A stretch of DNA of 64,000 bases from an uncultured Gammaproteobacteria bacterium (GTDB lineage Bacteria > Patescibacteriota > Patescibacteriia > Magasanikbacterales > GWA2-37-8). Both the position numbers and the translations under genes were made by a program. Below the pieces are notes generated by a model. That model was not told the origin of the DNA. It made no database searches and worked only from the letters and a program-made list of their open reading frames with translations. Below are positions 9,911 to 19,226 of the stretch, one piece after another. Position 1 is the stretch's first letter, and each line of letters opens with the position of its first letter. Location: NCBI GenBank assembly GCA_964540825.1, contig CAZINT010000003.1, positions 19,250 to 83,249 on the forward strand, given 5' to 3'.

Positions 9911-9917
9911 AAACAAT

Positions 9918-9950
9918 AAAAAAATACTCCGCAAAGGCGGAGTATTTTTT
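9918..9950. terminator. Bidirectional intrinsic terminator
   Basis: aaaaaatactccgc-aaag-gcggagtatttttt between convergent genes. Confidence 0.8.
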
Positions 9951-9958
9951 TATTGTTT

Positions 9959-10327
9959 TTATTCTGGTTTATGACAAACAACTTCAATATTATTACCATC
10001 AAAATCATACACAAAGGCACCATAGTAATTTGCATGGTATTCATTGCGAAGCCCTGGAGCGCCGTTATCCTTACCGCCCGCCTCAAGCGCCGCCTTGTAA
10101 AAGGCGTCGACAAGCGAACGTTTTTCAGCGGTTACAGCAACGTGAACTGTTCCACGGTGCTCTTTTTGGCTTATCCATAAATCTGGTTTGCCATTTGCCC
10201 CAAATCCAGCTGCTTGCATTTCGGGAATATCCATAAGCATACTATAATTCAGTGGGGCCAAGGCTTTACTGTAAAATTCTTTGGATTTTTCGTAATTACT
10301 CACGTTAAGCGATGTATGATCAATCAT
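9959..10327 (-). CDS. VOC/glyoxalase family protein
   Basis: IDHTSLNVS...FY..AL, HVAV, GGKDNGAPGLR..YH..YYGAFV.D.DGNNIEVV. Confidence 0.92.
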   Translation of the reverse strand: MIDHTSLNVSNYEKSKEFYSKALAPLNYSMLMDIPEMQAAGFGANGKPDLWISQKEHRGTVHVAVTAEKRSLVDAFYKAALEAGGKDNGAPGLRNEYHANYYGAFVYDFDGNNIEVVCHKPE

Positions 10328-10436
10328 ACGTGTAGAACTTAAAAATAAACTGAATAACTATCTAATCATACTTGAAAAACACTGTAAAGATTACGGATTG
10401 AAAGAAATGTAAAAAATTGGTACACTGCCCTATACC

Positions 10437-11759
10437 ATGTTCAAAAAAATAGCTCTTATCTCCATAGTCAGTATTGGCGCGATCCTAGCGACGCCTTATT
10501 TTGCAGTCGCCGAAACAGATATTGCCGCCGAGCAGGCCCAGTTGGAACAAGATTTAGCCGCAGTACAAGCGCAAATTGACGCGCTCCAGAGTCAAATCGC
10601 CGTCACCAAAGGTGAAAAGAATACCTTAGCAAATAAATTAAAACAGCTTCAGCAAGAACAATCAGCACTTAAATTGCAAATTAAAGCGGCAGCGCTCGAA
10701 TTAACGCAGGTACAAAAACAATTAGCAGCCACTGAGAAAAAAATAAATTCTAATATCGCCCAGCAAGAGCGGCTCAAGGTTCAGATTGGCGAGCTGCTGC
10801 GCCTCGTTAACAAACAAGACCGCGAATTACCCATTTTTAAATTAGCTCGAGCCGGCGGGTGGAGCGACGCTTTTATTGAAGCTACGAATTATCAAACACT
10901 GCTCAAAAACGTAGCCATCGTGACTAATGAGACCAAAAAATTAGCCGGCGAACTTTCAGAACAAAAAAACGCCTATAGCGAGCAAGAAGACGACGCTGCG
11001 CACATCTTGAGCGTTACCAAAATGCAGCAAAGCGCCCTAACCGACAAAGTATCCGAACAAAACAGCCTCTTAAAAGAAACCCAAGGGAAAGAAGCTGACT
11101 ATCAAAAATTACTGGCCGATAATCAAAAACAGGCGGCAGCAATTAAAAGCCGCATGTACGAGCTTCTCGGCGGCGGCAAACAAATTGATTTTGGCGAGGC
11201 AGTCACTATCGCCAAATGGGTCAGCAGTCAGATTAGCGGCGTTGAGCCCGCCTTTCTCCTAGCGATTTTGACGCAAGAGTCATCGCTCGGTAAAAATGTG
11301 GGCACGTGCAATCGCCTGAATGATCCGCCTGAAAAAAGCTGGAAAGTAATTATGAAACCCGACCGTGATCAAGAGCCGTTTAAAACAATTACCGCCGAGC
11401 TTGGCCGCAACATCGACATCACACCCGTTTCCTGCCCGATGAAAAATAAAGATGGCAGTCAGCTGGGCTGGGGCGGCGCTATGGGGCCGGCACAGTTTAT
11501 TCCCTCAACCTGGATGGGGTACAAAGACAAGGTAACCAAACTTACCGGCAAACCGGCCGACCCCTGGGACATTCGCGACGCGTTCGTCGCAGCGGGAATA
11601 CTCCTCAAGGCTAATGGCGCTAATGGCACGGACGATGGCTATTGGAAGGCAGCCATGCGCTACTTCTCGGGCGGAACCAATACCAAATACCGATTCTACG
11701 GCGACAATGTTCTTAAAACTACGGAAAAATATCGGGCTGATATTAAAGAGCTTGAATAA
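10437..11759 (+). CDS. Secreted coiled-coil + lytic transglycosylase protein
   Basis: Signal peptide, long heptad region, AILTQES and GAMGPAQFIPSTW motifs. Confidence 0.85.
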   Translation: MFKKIALISIVSIGAILATPYFAVAETDIAAEQAQLEQDLAAVQAQIDALQSQIAVTKGEKNTLANKLKQLQQEQSALKLQIKAAALELTQVQKQLAATEKKINSNIAQQERLKVQIGELLRLVNKQDRELPIFKLARAGGWSDAFIEATNYQTLLKNVAIVTNETKKLAGELSEQKNAYSEQEDDAAHILSVTKMQQSALTDKVSEQNSLLKETQGKEADYQKLLADNQKQAAAIKSRMYELLGGGKQIDFGEAVTIAKWVSSQISGVEPAFLLAILTQESSLGKNVGTCNRLNDPPEKSWKVIMKPDRDQEPFKTITAELGRNIDITPVSCPMKNKDGSQLGWGGAMGPAQFIPSTWMGYKDKVTKLTGKPADPWDIRDAFVAAGILLKANGANGTDDGYWKAAMRYFSGGTNTKYRFYGDNVLKTTEKYRADIKELE

Positions 11760-11760
11760 T

Positions 11761-11797
11761 AAAAAAAGTCCCTGAGAAATACACAGGGACTTTTTTA
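11761..11797. terminator. Bidirectional intrinsic terminator
   Basis: aaaaaagtccctg...cagggactttttt. Confidence 0.8.
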
Positions 11798-11806
11798 TTT
11801 TGGTTG

Positions 11807-12196
11807 CTATTTAAACCATGCCTTTTTCCACGCATTCATCTGTTCGATCTCGGTCGTTTGTGCAGCAATAATATCGTTGGCGAGATTTCGTAATTCTTCT
11901 CGTTTAGATTTTTCGAGCACTGTGTTGGCCATATCCACCGCTCCTTCGTGGTGCACAATCATTTCATCAAGAAAGGCCTTGTCAAAATCATCTCCGGTTT
12001 TGTCTTTCAGCCCGGCAGCCATATCATCCATCATTTTGCTCATCGATCCATGCCCCATATCATCCATGCGCGCAGGATACTCTTGAGTCGGGGCTTTCAC
12101 TTCTGCTTTAGGCATTACCCGCACACTGTAGCCAAGTACAGCGCCGAGGACAAGCATCACCAGACCCGCAATAACCGTTTGATTTTTATTTTCCAT
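11807..12196 (-). CDS. DUF305 (ferritin-like, CopM-like) protein
   Basis: FDKAFLDEMIVHHEGAVDMA...IIAAQTTEIEQM. Confidence 0.88.
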   Translation of the reverse strand: MENKNQTVIAGLVMLVLGAVLGYSVRVMPKAEVKAPTQEYPARMDDMGHGSMSKMMDDMAAGLKDKTGDDFDKAFLDEMIVHHEGAVDMANTVLEKSKREELRNLANDIIAAQTTEIEQMNAWKKAWFK

Positions 12197-12206
12197 AGCT
12201 GCGTAT

Positions 12207-12623
12207 TTATATAACAAATAAAATTGCCCCCGCAGCAATGAGCAGGCCGCCTACTACACTTTTAAGTGTGAGCGCTTCACCCAAAAATAACGCTGCAAGA
12301 ACGATAATAAAAGCAACACTTAAGCGATCAAGCGCCGCAACACCTCCAGCCGGCCCCATCTTGAGTGCTGCAAAATAGCATAACCACGAAAGCGCCCCGG
12401 CGATACCAGAGAGCGCGATAAATCCGAGCGCCTTATTATCAACAGCGCTGAGCAATTTATATTTATGGAGAACAGCACTTACGATAACAAAAAAGATAGT
12501 CATGATGATAACGCGGAGCGTTGTAGCAAGTGTGGCGTCCACATTTTTGAGTCCAAGCTTGCCAAACACAGCCACCAGGGCCGCAAAACCAGCCGATAAA
12601 AGCCCGAGTACAATCCATGACAT
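12207..12623 (-). CDS. EamA/DMT family transporter
   Basis: SAGFAALVAVFGKLGL...SWLCYFAALK.G....VAALDRLS...LGE. Confidence 0.88.
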   Translation of the reverse strand: MSWIVLGLLSAGFAALVAVFGKLGLKNVDATLATTLRVIIMTIFFVIVSAVLHKYKLLSAVDNKALGFIALSGIAGALSWLCYFAALKMGPAGGVAALDRLSVAFIIVLAALFLGEALTLKSVVGGLLIAAGAILFVI

Positions 12624-12628
12624 ATACT

Positions 12629-13045
12629 TTATTTCCAATAACTGAGAATAAGCCCAAAAACCACAAACAGCAGCAATTGGTACCCAGCTTGAATAAGAAA
12701 TCTCATCCAGGCGATTTTTCTTGAATCATTGTTCCACATGCTTGCTCCGGCAACAACCGGCATAATAAATGCCGCCCAAATAAGGAGCGATTGATGGAGT
12801 CCTGAAACTTCTTTCCAGCCGATCAAATAGCCGGCCAAGATATAAGCTTGAAAAAGTGTTAACAAAAACTGAATGCCGTATAAGGGTCCGGCAGCCTTTT
12901 GCATTTTTTTACACTCTTCAGGGCTCATTTTGTCAGCCCCGGTCACTTCCATCCATTTTTTACCAAAAAGCGGTCCATACCAAACGTAACCGATTACCAT
13001 CGAAACAATACCACATGCGAGCACTGCCAAAAGATTTATTTCCAT
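12629..13045 (-). CDS. DUF1761 family membrane protein
   Basis: INLLAVL...IGYVWYGPLFGKKW motif, 4 TM. Confidence 0.85.
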   Translation of the reverse strand: MEINLLAVLACGIVSMVIGYVWYGPLFGKKWMEVTGADKMSPEECKKMQKAAGPLYGIQFLLTLFQAYILAGYLIGWKEVSGLHQSLLIWAAFIMPVVAGASMWNNDSRKIAWMRFLIQAGYQLLLFVVFGLILSYWK

Positions 13046-13120
13046 AGAAATAGTTTTAATAATTAAGACACTTCTTTCCGCTCTAGTATAGCGTTTTTCT
13101 CGTTAAAAAACAACTGTCAC

Positions 13121-13525
13121 CTACTTAAGCGCCCGAGTAATAAGCGCCGCCACACAGCTCACCACCCCGGTAAGAACGGCACCCCACACGAGATCAACCG
13201 CTGTTACTGCCAGCGGCCAATTGCGGAGTGTGGCTTGGTTGGTTAAATCATAGGTTGCATAGGCAATACCGCCAAAAAACGCTCCTAACAGAAAAAATTT
13301 AGCCAACCCCCACTCGCCTTTTAACCCGGGCAAAACAACAAAACAAACGATTCCGGCGGCGTACGCCACATAAAAAATTCCGGCCGGCAAGAAGTTTGGG
13401 GAGGCTGCCATCAAACTACCTAAACGCGGTGCATAAAAACGTTTAGCCATCATGGTGAGCCATAGCGCATCAAGCGCTAGAAGGGGTACAAGCGTTGCAA
13501 AATACGCGACAAAATTTGTTTTCAT
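13121..13525 (-). CDS. DUF2177 family membrane protein
   Basis: LDALWL, YATYDLTNQATLRNWP..VD..WG. Confidence 0.88.
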   Translation of the reverse strand: MKTNFVAYFATLVPLLALDALWLTMMAKRFYAPRLGSLMAASPNFLPAGIFYVAYAAGIVCFVVLPGLKGEWGLAKFFLLGAFFGGIAYATYDLTNQATLRNWPLAVTAVDLVWGAVLTGVVSCVAALITRALK

Positions 13526-13643
13526 ATAGTGTATATAGAGTGTATAAAAATGTAACGATAGTATATACCAGCGCAGCGCCAAAGGAAAGAAATACTTTAT
13601 TTTGATATATTACAGAAAAATGATACACTAGCATTAATTCTCT

Positions 13644-15026
13644 ATGCTTCAACGTGAACACAAAACACTACCCCCTCCGCCTCATTTTAAAAAATTATTA
13701 GGCCCGAGTTTTATTTTGCTCGGCCTGGGTCTTGGTTCGGGCGAAATTATTCTCTGGCCCTATCTCGCTTCTAACTGGGGACTCGGGATCGTATGGGGCG
13801 CACTGCTTGGCATCACTTTCCAATATTTTATTAACATGGAAATTGAACGGTACAGTTTAGCCCGAGGCGAAAGTGTTTTTATCGGGCTCGCGCGACGATG
13901 GAACTATGTCCCTTATTGGCTTATTTTTTCAACCTTACTGGGCTTTGGCTGGCCTGGAATTATCGCTTCATCCGCCTTTTTACTTGCCTCAATTTTTGGC
14001 GGTAACAGCACCATTATCGCGATCGTACTCCTACTCCTTATCGGCCTCATACTTAGTTTTGGCAAATACATTTATTCGACCGTCGAAAAATTTTCTCAAA
14101 TAATCATAGGCATCGGCGTACCATCAATACTTATTCTGACCCTCTATTTAGCCAAAGCCACAGATTGGTCCGACCTTGCTCGCGGCCTTATTGGTTCCGG
14201 GAACGGCTATTGGTTCTTACCGACTGGAATTCCGCTGGCTTCATTCCTCGCCGCCTTCGCCTTTAGCGGCGCTGCCGGCAACCTCAACCTTACTCAATCC
14301 AGCTACATTCGCGAAAAAGGGTATGGCATGGGCTACTACACTGAAAAAATTAAAGGGCTTTTTGCGGGCAGTACGCAAAAAGTAAACTTAAATGGTTTTG
14401 AGTTTTATCCTACTGCGGAAAACATATCTCTCTTTAAAGGCTGGTGGAAAGCAGTCAATCGCGAACACGCCCTGGTTTTTTACGCGACCGGAGCCTTAAC
14501 CATGCTGCTGCTCCTGCTATTAGCTTATACTACCACCTTTGGCCTGGCAGGCAACGCGGAAGGAATACGGTTTGTAATAAACGAAGCACGCGTTATTGGC
14601 GAGCGAACTGCACCCGCTATCGGAACGCTCTTTGCGCTTGTGACTGCGATCATGCTTTTTTCGACACAATTTACCGTATTCGATTCTACCAGTAGAATTT
14701 GTTCAGAAAATTACGCAGCCCGGGTCATGGCAAAAAATAAACTTTTTTCAATCTCCAAACTCTATTATATTTTTCTCTGGATTCAAATTTTATTTGGTAT
14801 TGCCGTCTTTTCCTTCGGAATAAAAGAACCTCTCACCCTTTTGACGCTGAGCGCCGTCATTAATGCGGTCTGCATGTTTGTGCATATCGGGCTAGTTAAC
14901 ATACTCAACTACCGAGAACTTCCCGACGAAATTCAGCCTCACATTGCGCGTCGCTTGGCTATAATCGTTGCCTTTATCTTTTTCGGTGTCTTTTCGGGAA
15001 TTACTATTTGGACCAAAATCTTCTAA
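13644..15026 (+). CDS. Nramp-like divalent metal transporter
   Basis: LGPSFILLGLGLGSGEIILWP, EIERY, multiple TM helices. Confidence 0.8.
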   Translation: MLQREHKTLPPPPHFKKLLGPSFILLGLGLGSGEIILWPYLASNWGLGIVWGALLGITFQYFINMEIERYSLARGESVFIGLARRWNYVPYWLIFSTLLGFGWPGIIASSAFLLASIFGGNSTIIAIVLLLLIGLILSFGKYIYSTVEKFSQIIIGIGVPSILILTLYLAKATDWSDLARGLIGSGNGYWFLPTGIPLASFLAAFAFSGAAGNLNLTQSSYIREKGYGMGYYTEKIKGLFAGSTQKVNLNGFEFYPTAENISLFKGWWKAVNREHALVFYATGALTMLLLLLLAYTTTFGLAGNAEGIRFVINEARVIGERTAPAIGTLFALVTAIMLFSTQFTVFDSTSRICSENYAARVMAKNKLFSISKLYYIFLWIQILFGIAVFSFGIKEPLTLLTLSAVINAVCMFVHIGLVNILNYRELPDEIQPHIARRLAIIVAFIFFGVFSGITIWTKIF

Positions 15027-15036
15027 ATAGTAGTAT

Positions 15037-15067
15037 TAAAAAATCATCCTTGCAGGATGATTTTTTA
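15037..15067. terminator. Bidirectional intrinsic terminator
   Basis: taaaaaatcatcct-tgc-aggatgatttttta. Confidence 0.8.
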
Positions 15068-15078
15068 ATATTCTTTTT

Positions 15079-15324
15079 TTATCGAATTGCTTTAACAATT
15101 GCAATAAGCACCACTGCACCGAGAAGCGCCACCAAAAAACTATACAAGTTAAATCCGGTCACACCATACTTGCCGATAAAGCTCATGATCCAGCCCCCCA
15201 GTACCGCACCGATGATACCGACGATGATGTTCAGAAGCGGTCCTTGCGAGCCATCGGTTTTCATAATGAGTGATGCAACCCAGCCTACGATACCTCCAAA
15301 GATAATCCAAAGTATGATACCCAT
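15079..15324 (-). CDS. GlsB/YeaQ/YmgE (transglycosylase-associated) membrane protein
   Basis: WIIFGGIVGWVAS.IM...NIIVGIIGAVLGG. Confidence 0.9.
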   Translation of the reverse strand: MGIILWIIFGGIVGWVASLIMKTDGSQGPLLNIIVGIIGAVLGGWIMSFIGKYGVTGFNLYSFLVALLGAVVLIAIVKAIR

Positions 15325-15416
15325 ACAATAAAGATTAAGAATAAAAAATACCGTGCGTACGGTACATTTTTTACTGTACTCTGATCACGAGAAATGTACA
15401 GAAAGTTATCCACTGA

Positions 15417-16241
15417 TTACCACCTGCCGCTTGCCCCGCCCCCGCCCGATGCTCCGCCGCCAAAGCCTCCAAAACTACTTCCACTTGTAGTACCTGAATG
15501 TGCTGATGTACTGCCCGGTCCTCGAGACGAAGGCGTGTCGTCATCGTCGTCATTTTTAGTAGGTGAAGCCGCGCTCTTCGCGGCTGCATTGCGTATTTTT
15601 TTTATAAGCCTTTTACCTGGGCCAATTAATTTGTAAACAATAAAAAAGAAAAATGCTATAACAGCGCCAAAAAGTATAAGACCATACACAAAGTCATATG
15701 GGCCAGGTTGCCGCTTAGGAAACGAGGGACCAGCTTCAGTTATTCGCTGAATTATGAGTGAAACGGCGTCATTAAGGCCGCCGTAATAGTTATTTTTTTG
15801 AAAGGCGGGCCTTAAAGTTCCTTGTATAATTTTGGCAGCAAACGCATCGGTAATGGTACTTTCAAGCCCATACCCTACCTCGATACGCATTGCCCGATCT
15901 TGCACCGCAACAAGAACTAAGATGCCGTTATTAGCATCTTTGGTTCCAATCCCCCATTCCTTGAACAGAGCTGCAGCATAGTCTTCAATAGGATCTTCCC
16001 CGGTAGTTTGCACCGTCACTACAGAAATTTCATTTGTCGTGCTGGCATTAAACTGGTGTAATTTTTCTTCGAGAATTATCCGATCCGTTGGCGCTAGAAC
16101 CCCGGCGTAGTCATTTACATACCCGGTTGGCTGTCCGGGCGAGGTATATGCCAGTGCAGCCCAAGGAAAAAGACAGGCGCTAAAAATAATCAGTAAAGAA
16201 TATTTTAGATGTGCACACTTTTTTTCTTTTTGAGAGAACAT
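15417..16241 (-). CDS. TPM domain protein (YgcG-like)
   Basis: YVNDYAGVL, WGIG...NGILVLVA..DR.MRIEVGYGLE, C-terminal FGGG.SGGGGASGRW; start uncertain. Confidence 0.9.
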   Translation of the reverse strand: MFSQKEKKCAHLKYSLLIIFSACLFPWAALAYTSPGQPTGYVNDYAGVLAPTDRIILEEKLHQFNASTTNEISVVTVQTTGEDPIEDYAAALFKEWGIGTKDANNGILVLVAVQDRAMRIEVGYGLESTITDAFAAKIIQGTLRPAFQKNNYYGGLNDAVSLIIQRITEAGPSFPKRQPGPYDFVYGLILFGAVIAFFFFIVYKLIGPGKRLIKKIRNAAAKSAASPTKNDDDDDTPSSRGPGSTSAHSGTTSGSSFGGFGGGASGGGGASGRW

Positions 16242-16248
16242 ACCACAA

Positions 16249-17433
16249 TTAAAATTGATCAATATTTTTTTCAACAAAATCCCATACATGCCGGGCAACA
16301 TTATTTGACGCGCCTTCAATAGGAAAATGATGCAGATTGATAAAAGGCACGCCATTGCATTCAATAATCCCCCATTTCTGACGGGTTGGATCATCGGCAA
16401 TATGTTCAATGATAAAATCAAAACCTAAAATTGGATCGCCAACGATGCGGGCAGCCGCCTCGAGGCTACGTTTAATTTCTGGGTGCACCACAGCGGTAAC
16501 TTCGGCACTATACCCGCCATAGGAGATGCCGATTTTTTCAATCAGATCAATCGTTTTTCCTGCCGGAAGTACGGTGTCGAATGTATGCCCTTGCCGAGCC
16601 AAAAATTCAGCATGCTCGCTGCCAAGCACGACATCATGTACTTGCTGATGTTTATGATTATTTTTTTCAACCACCAGTTCGTTAATAGTATGGATGCCGT
16701 CGCCCGTAATTCGAGGCGGGTCGCCGCGCAAAACCCCCACCAGCACTCCATCAATGCACGTACCGCGATAAACGCTCCCAACGAGATGCTCTTCCATAAT
16801 AACCCAATAGCACAACTGCTTCGCACTTTTAAATGCCTTGTACAAATCTTTTTCCTCAAAAATATTTGTTGTGGTGTGCCGACCTCGTGAACCAAGCCGC
16901 GGCTTTATAATCACAGGCTTTTCAAGGGCAGCGAACATTTTTACGAGCGGTGAATATCGTGAAAAAACTCCGCCGCGCGCTACCGGAAGACCCGCCGCTT
17001 GTAATTTCTTTTTTAAAATCGCTTTATCATCCATCCACCATTCAGAACCGCTTGGTGTATGAGGTAGCCGCGGAATACCTGAAAAATAAAGCTGTTTTTT
17101 GCCAATAGTCACGCCGTAAGTGTCAGTGCCTTTCCCGGCAAATAGTATGGTGTGAATGGGTATTCCTCTTTTTACCGCTTCATCCCAAAGCACTTTTCCG
17201 CGTAAGCCAGGAATTTGTGCTGGATCAGTATTAATTTTGACGACACCTATTTTTCGAAAAAAAAGCAGTGCTCCCGTTGTGAACCACTCAAAACCCCGGC
17301 TAAATCCCCGATTGATAAAACTATTACCAACCAGTTGATTGAGGGAATTAAGCATAAGCGTGAGCGACTCGCTAAACCAGGCAAGCGCATGAGGTGTCGG
17401 GTTGTTGCCGCAAGCGCGGCATTTATTTGGCAT
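16249..17433 (-). CDS. Stand-alone ATP-grasp ligase (cyanophycin synthetase/GshF-like domain)
   Basis: EA.KRGIP, DDK...K..L..AGLPV, KP..GSRGR, P..ITGDG..TI.ELV, IECN..P. Confidence 0.8.
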   Translation of the reverse strand: MPNKCRACGNNPTPHALAWFSESLTLMLNSLNQLVGNSFINRGFSRGFEWFTTGALLFFRKIGVVKINTDPAQIPGLRGKVLWDEAVKRGIPIHTILFAGKGTDTYGVTIGKKQLYFSGIPRLPHTPSGSEWWMDDKAILKKKLQAAGLPVARGGVFSRYSPLVKMFAALEKPVIIKPRLGSRGRHTTTNIFEEKDLYKAFKSAKQLCYWVIMEEHLVGSVYRGTCIDGVLVGVLRGDPPRITGDGIHTINELVVEKNNHKHQQVHDVVLGSEHAEFLARQGHTFDTVLPAGKTIDLIEKIGISYGGYSAEVTAVVHPEIKRSLEAAARIVGDPILGFDFIIEHIADDPTRQKWGIIECNGVPFINLHHFPIEGASNNVARHVWDFVEKNIDQF

Positions 17434-18838
17434 AGAGTACGGGCGGAAACTTTGTAGGCACAGCTACCGAAGGAGTTTCGTGAAATAAAATTTTATAAAA
17501 TTCCGGCATCAATTCATCAACCGCTTCGCCGAGCGTACACGAGCGCAGCAGGGTTTTGAGGACTTCGGCCGTCGAGGCATCTTGATACAACAAAAAATCA
17601 AAACTGCTTGCTCCCACCATCCGATGTATCGTTTGCAAGTTTAAACATGCAAAATCAGCAGCCAGATAGTCGGTTTCAATCACTCGAATCATTTCAAGCT
17701 CCCGCTCTAAAGCATCCGTGGCCATGAGCAGCTGTTCATAGCGTTTTTTCATGTCAGCTAAATAGCTTACCTGCAAAAAACCACCTCCGCAGCGTAAACC
17801 ATAATAAAATGACAGCACGATATAACAAAGTGCCATGCTTGGAATAAGCTCTTTACGCCCGAGCGCCTTACCGAGCGCTTCTGGGGTTAATTCTACCATA
17901 TATTCCCCGTCTTCTGACACTAGCGCAGCATCTTGGCGTAACAAAGATTTTCTTTCACCTCGGACAAGTGCCCAGAACAAAAAAGTACCCTTTCTTTCCT
18001 CGAACGAAAAAGCCCCGACGCAGCCATCAAACAAACGCTCAAAAGCCTGATACCAAACAGCGTCGCTGACCAACTTATTGAGTATTGTATTTTGACCCAA
18101 ATGATACTCTGCCAAAAGTTCGTTAACAATACTCTCTTGATCAAGAAAAAGACAGGCGGCATTTTCTTGCCCGGCAATTTTTTTCCAGAGCCAATAGTTG
18201 GTATAACTGATCTGTTCGGCATAGGTAGGCAAAGAAAGAACCTTTGCAGAACCAAAAATAGTATCAAGTGTTGAGCGGAGTATCTCGAGGCGTTCAGACG
18301 AAATATCTTGGTGAACCAGATGGTCGCGAAGCACCCTGAAATCTTCTTCTCCATATCCGGCTAATCCGTACACAGGATGATGCCGCTCGCGCAGACTGAA
18401 AAAAGATACACGCAGCTCCTCGCCTGATCGAGTATGAAAAAAATGACCACGCGGAAACGAAGAATTATTAAGCGAAATACTGCTGCACGATAAAACTATA
18501 TTTACCGCCTTTTTCTGCTCGCCAAGAGCCGCTAAACGACTCCATTGTCCCGTTACTGAAAAAGGGTGCGTAAGCGGCCCATGATGGTCGCCAGTTGACA
18601 CGGTGTAATGCTCGCGCAGTTCCGTGAGAACAGCCGGCACAATACCCGGGTCGATAAGACGTACTCTTTTTTCTATACTAGCCAGCAGCTCTTTTTGTCG
18701 TTCAATCGAAACCGTCGGCGGGTTTCCCATGGTTTGCGTGTGGTACGACAACAAAGACAAGCCGCCGCGCGTAGCCAGAATTTTTTTTAAACCAGGCGCA
18801 ACCTCTAAAACTCGAGAACGTAATTCAGCAAAATCCAT
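17423..18838 (-). CDS. Hypothetical protein coupled to the ATP-grasp gene
   Basis: 471-aa ORF overlapping the ATP-grasp start by 11 nt; STGDHHGP and GGFLQ..YL motifs. Confidence 0.75.
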   Translation of the reverse strand: MDFAELRSRVLEVAPGLKKILATRGGLSLLSYHTQTMGNPPTVSIERQKELLASIEKRVRLIDPGIVPAVLTELREHYTVSTGDHHGPLTHPFSVTGQWSRLAALGEQKKAVNIVLSCSSISLNNSSFPRGHFFHTRSGEELRVSFFSLRERHHPVYGLAGYGEEDFRVLRDHLVHQDISSERLEILRSTLDTIFGSAKVLSLPTYAEQISYTNYWLWKKIAGQENAACLFLDQESIVNELLAEYHLGQNTILNKLVSDAVWYQAFERLFDGCVGAFSFEERKGTFLFWALVRGERKSLLRQDAALVSEDGEYMVELTPEALGKALGRKELIPSMALCYIVLSFYYGLRCGGGFLQVSYLADMKKRYEQLLMATDALERELEMIRVIETDYLAADFACLNLQTIHRMVGASSFDFLLYQDASTAEVLKTLLRSCTLGEAVDELMPEFYKILFHETPSVAVPTKFPPVLYAK

Positions 18839-18868
18839 ACTAACTAAACGATCGACAGCGCTATAATA

Positions 18869-18897
18869 AAAATACCCCGGTTACCAGGGTATTTTTA
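18869..18897 (-). terminator. Terminator downstream of the tRNA pair
   Basis: aaaataccc...gggtatttt. Confidence 0.65.
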
Positions 18898-18902
18898 GCA
18901 TG

Positions 18903-18989
18903 CGGAGAGGGAGGGATTCGAACCCTCGAGGGCGGTGAAGCCCTGCAGCTTTAGCAAAGCTGGACGATAGACCACTCTGACACCTCTCC
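18903..18989 (-). tRNA. tRNA-Ser (GCU)
   Basis: GGAGAGG acceptor, CAGCT-TTGCTAA-AGCTG anticodon arm, long variable arm, GTTCGAATC, G discriminator, no encoded CCA; weak D-stem. Confidence 0.9.
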
Positions 18990-19018
18990 CTGATTTACTA
19001 TATGGGTACGCTGGTTTG

Positions 19019-19105
19019 CGGAGAGACTGGGATTCGAACCCAGGGAACTCTTGCGAGTTCGGCAGTTTAGTAAACTGCTGCTTTCAACCGCTCAGCCATC
19101 TCTCC
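19019..19105 (-). tRNA. tRNA-Ser-type tRNA with anticodon ACU
   Basis: GGAGAGA acceptor, GCT/AGC D-stem, GCAGT-TTACTAA-ACTGC anticodon arm, long variable arm, GTTCGAATC, G discriminator. Confidence 0.9.
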
Positions 19106-19177
19106 AACTTTAAGCCTAGGCGAGATCTGCCCCCCCCCTGGCAATCTCTTCACTAGCAGTTAATTTTGAGCTTTTAT

Positions 19178-19206
19178 AGTGTAGCCAAACCCAAACCAAA
19201 AGTCAA
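19178..19206 (-). promoter_or_regulatory. Promoter of the tRNA pair, TTGACT-17-TACACT
   Basis: Near-consensus, about 70 nt upstream of the first tRNA. Confidence 0.6.
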
Positions 19207-19226
19207 CAGAGCAGGCAGGGTCGGTA

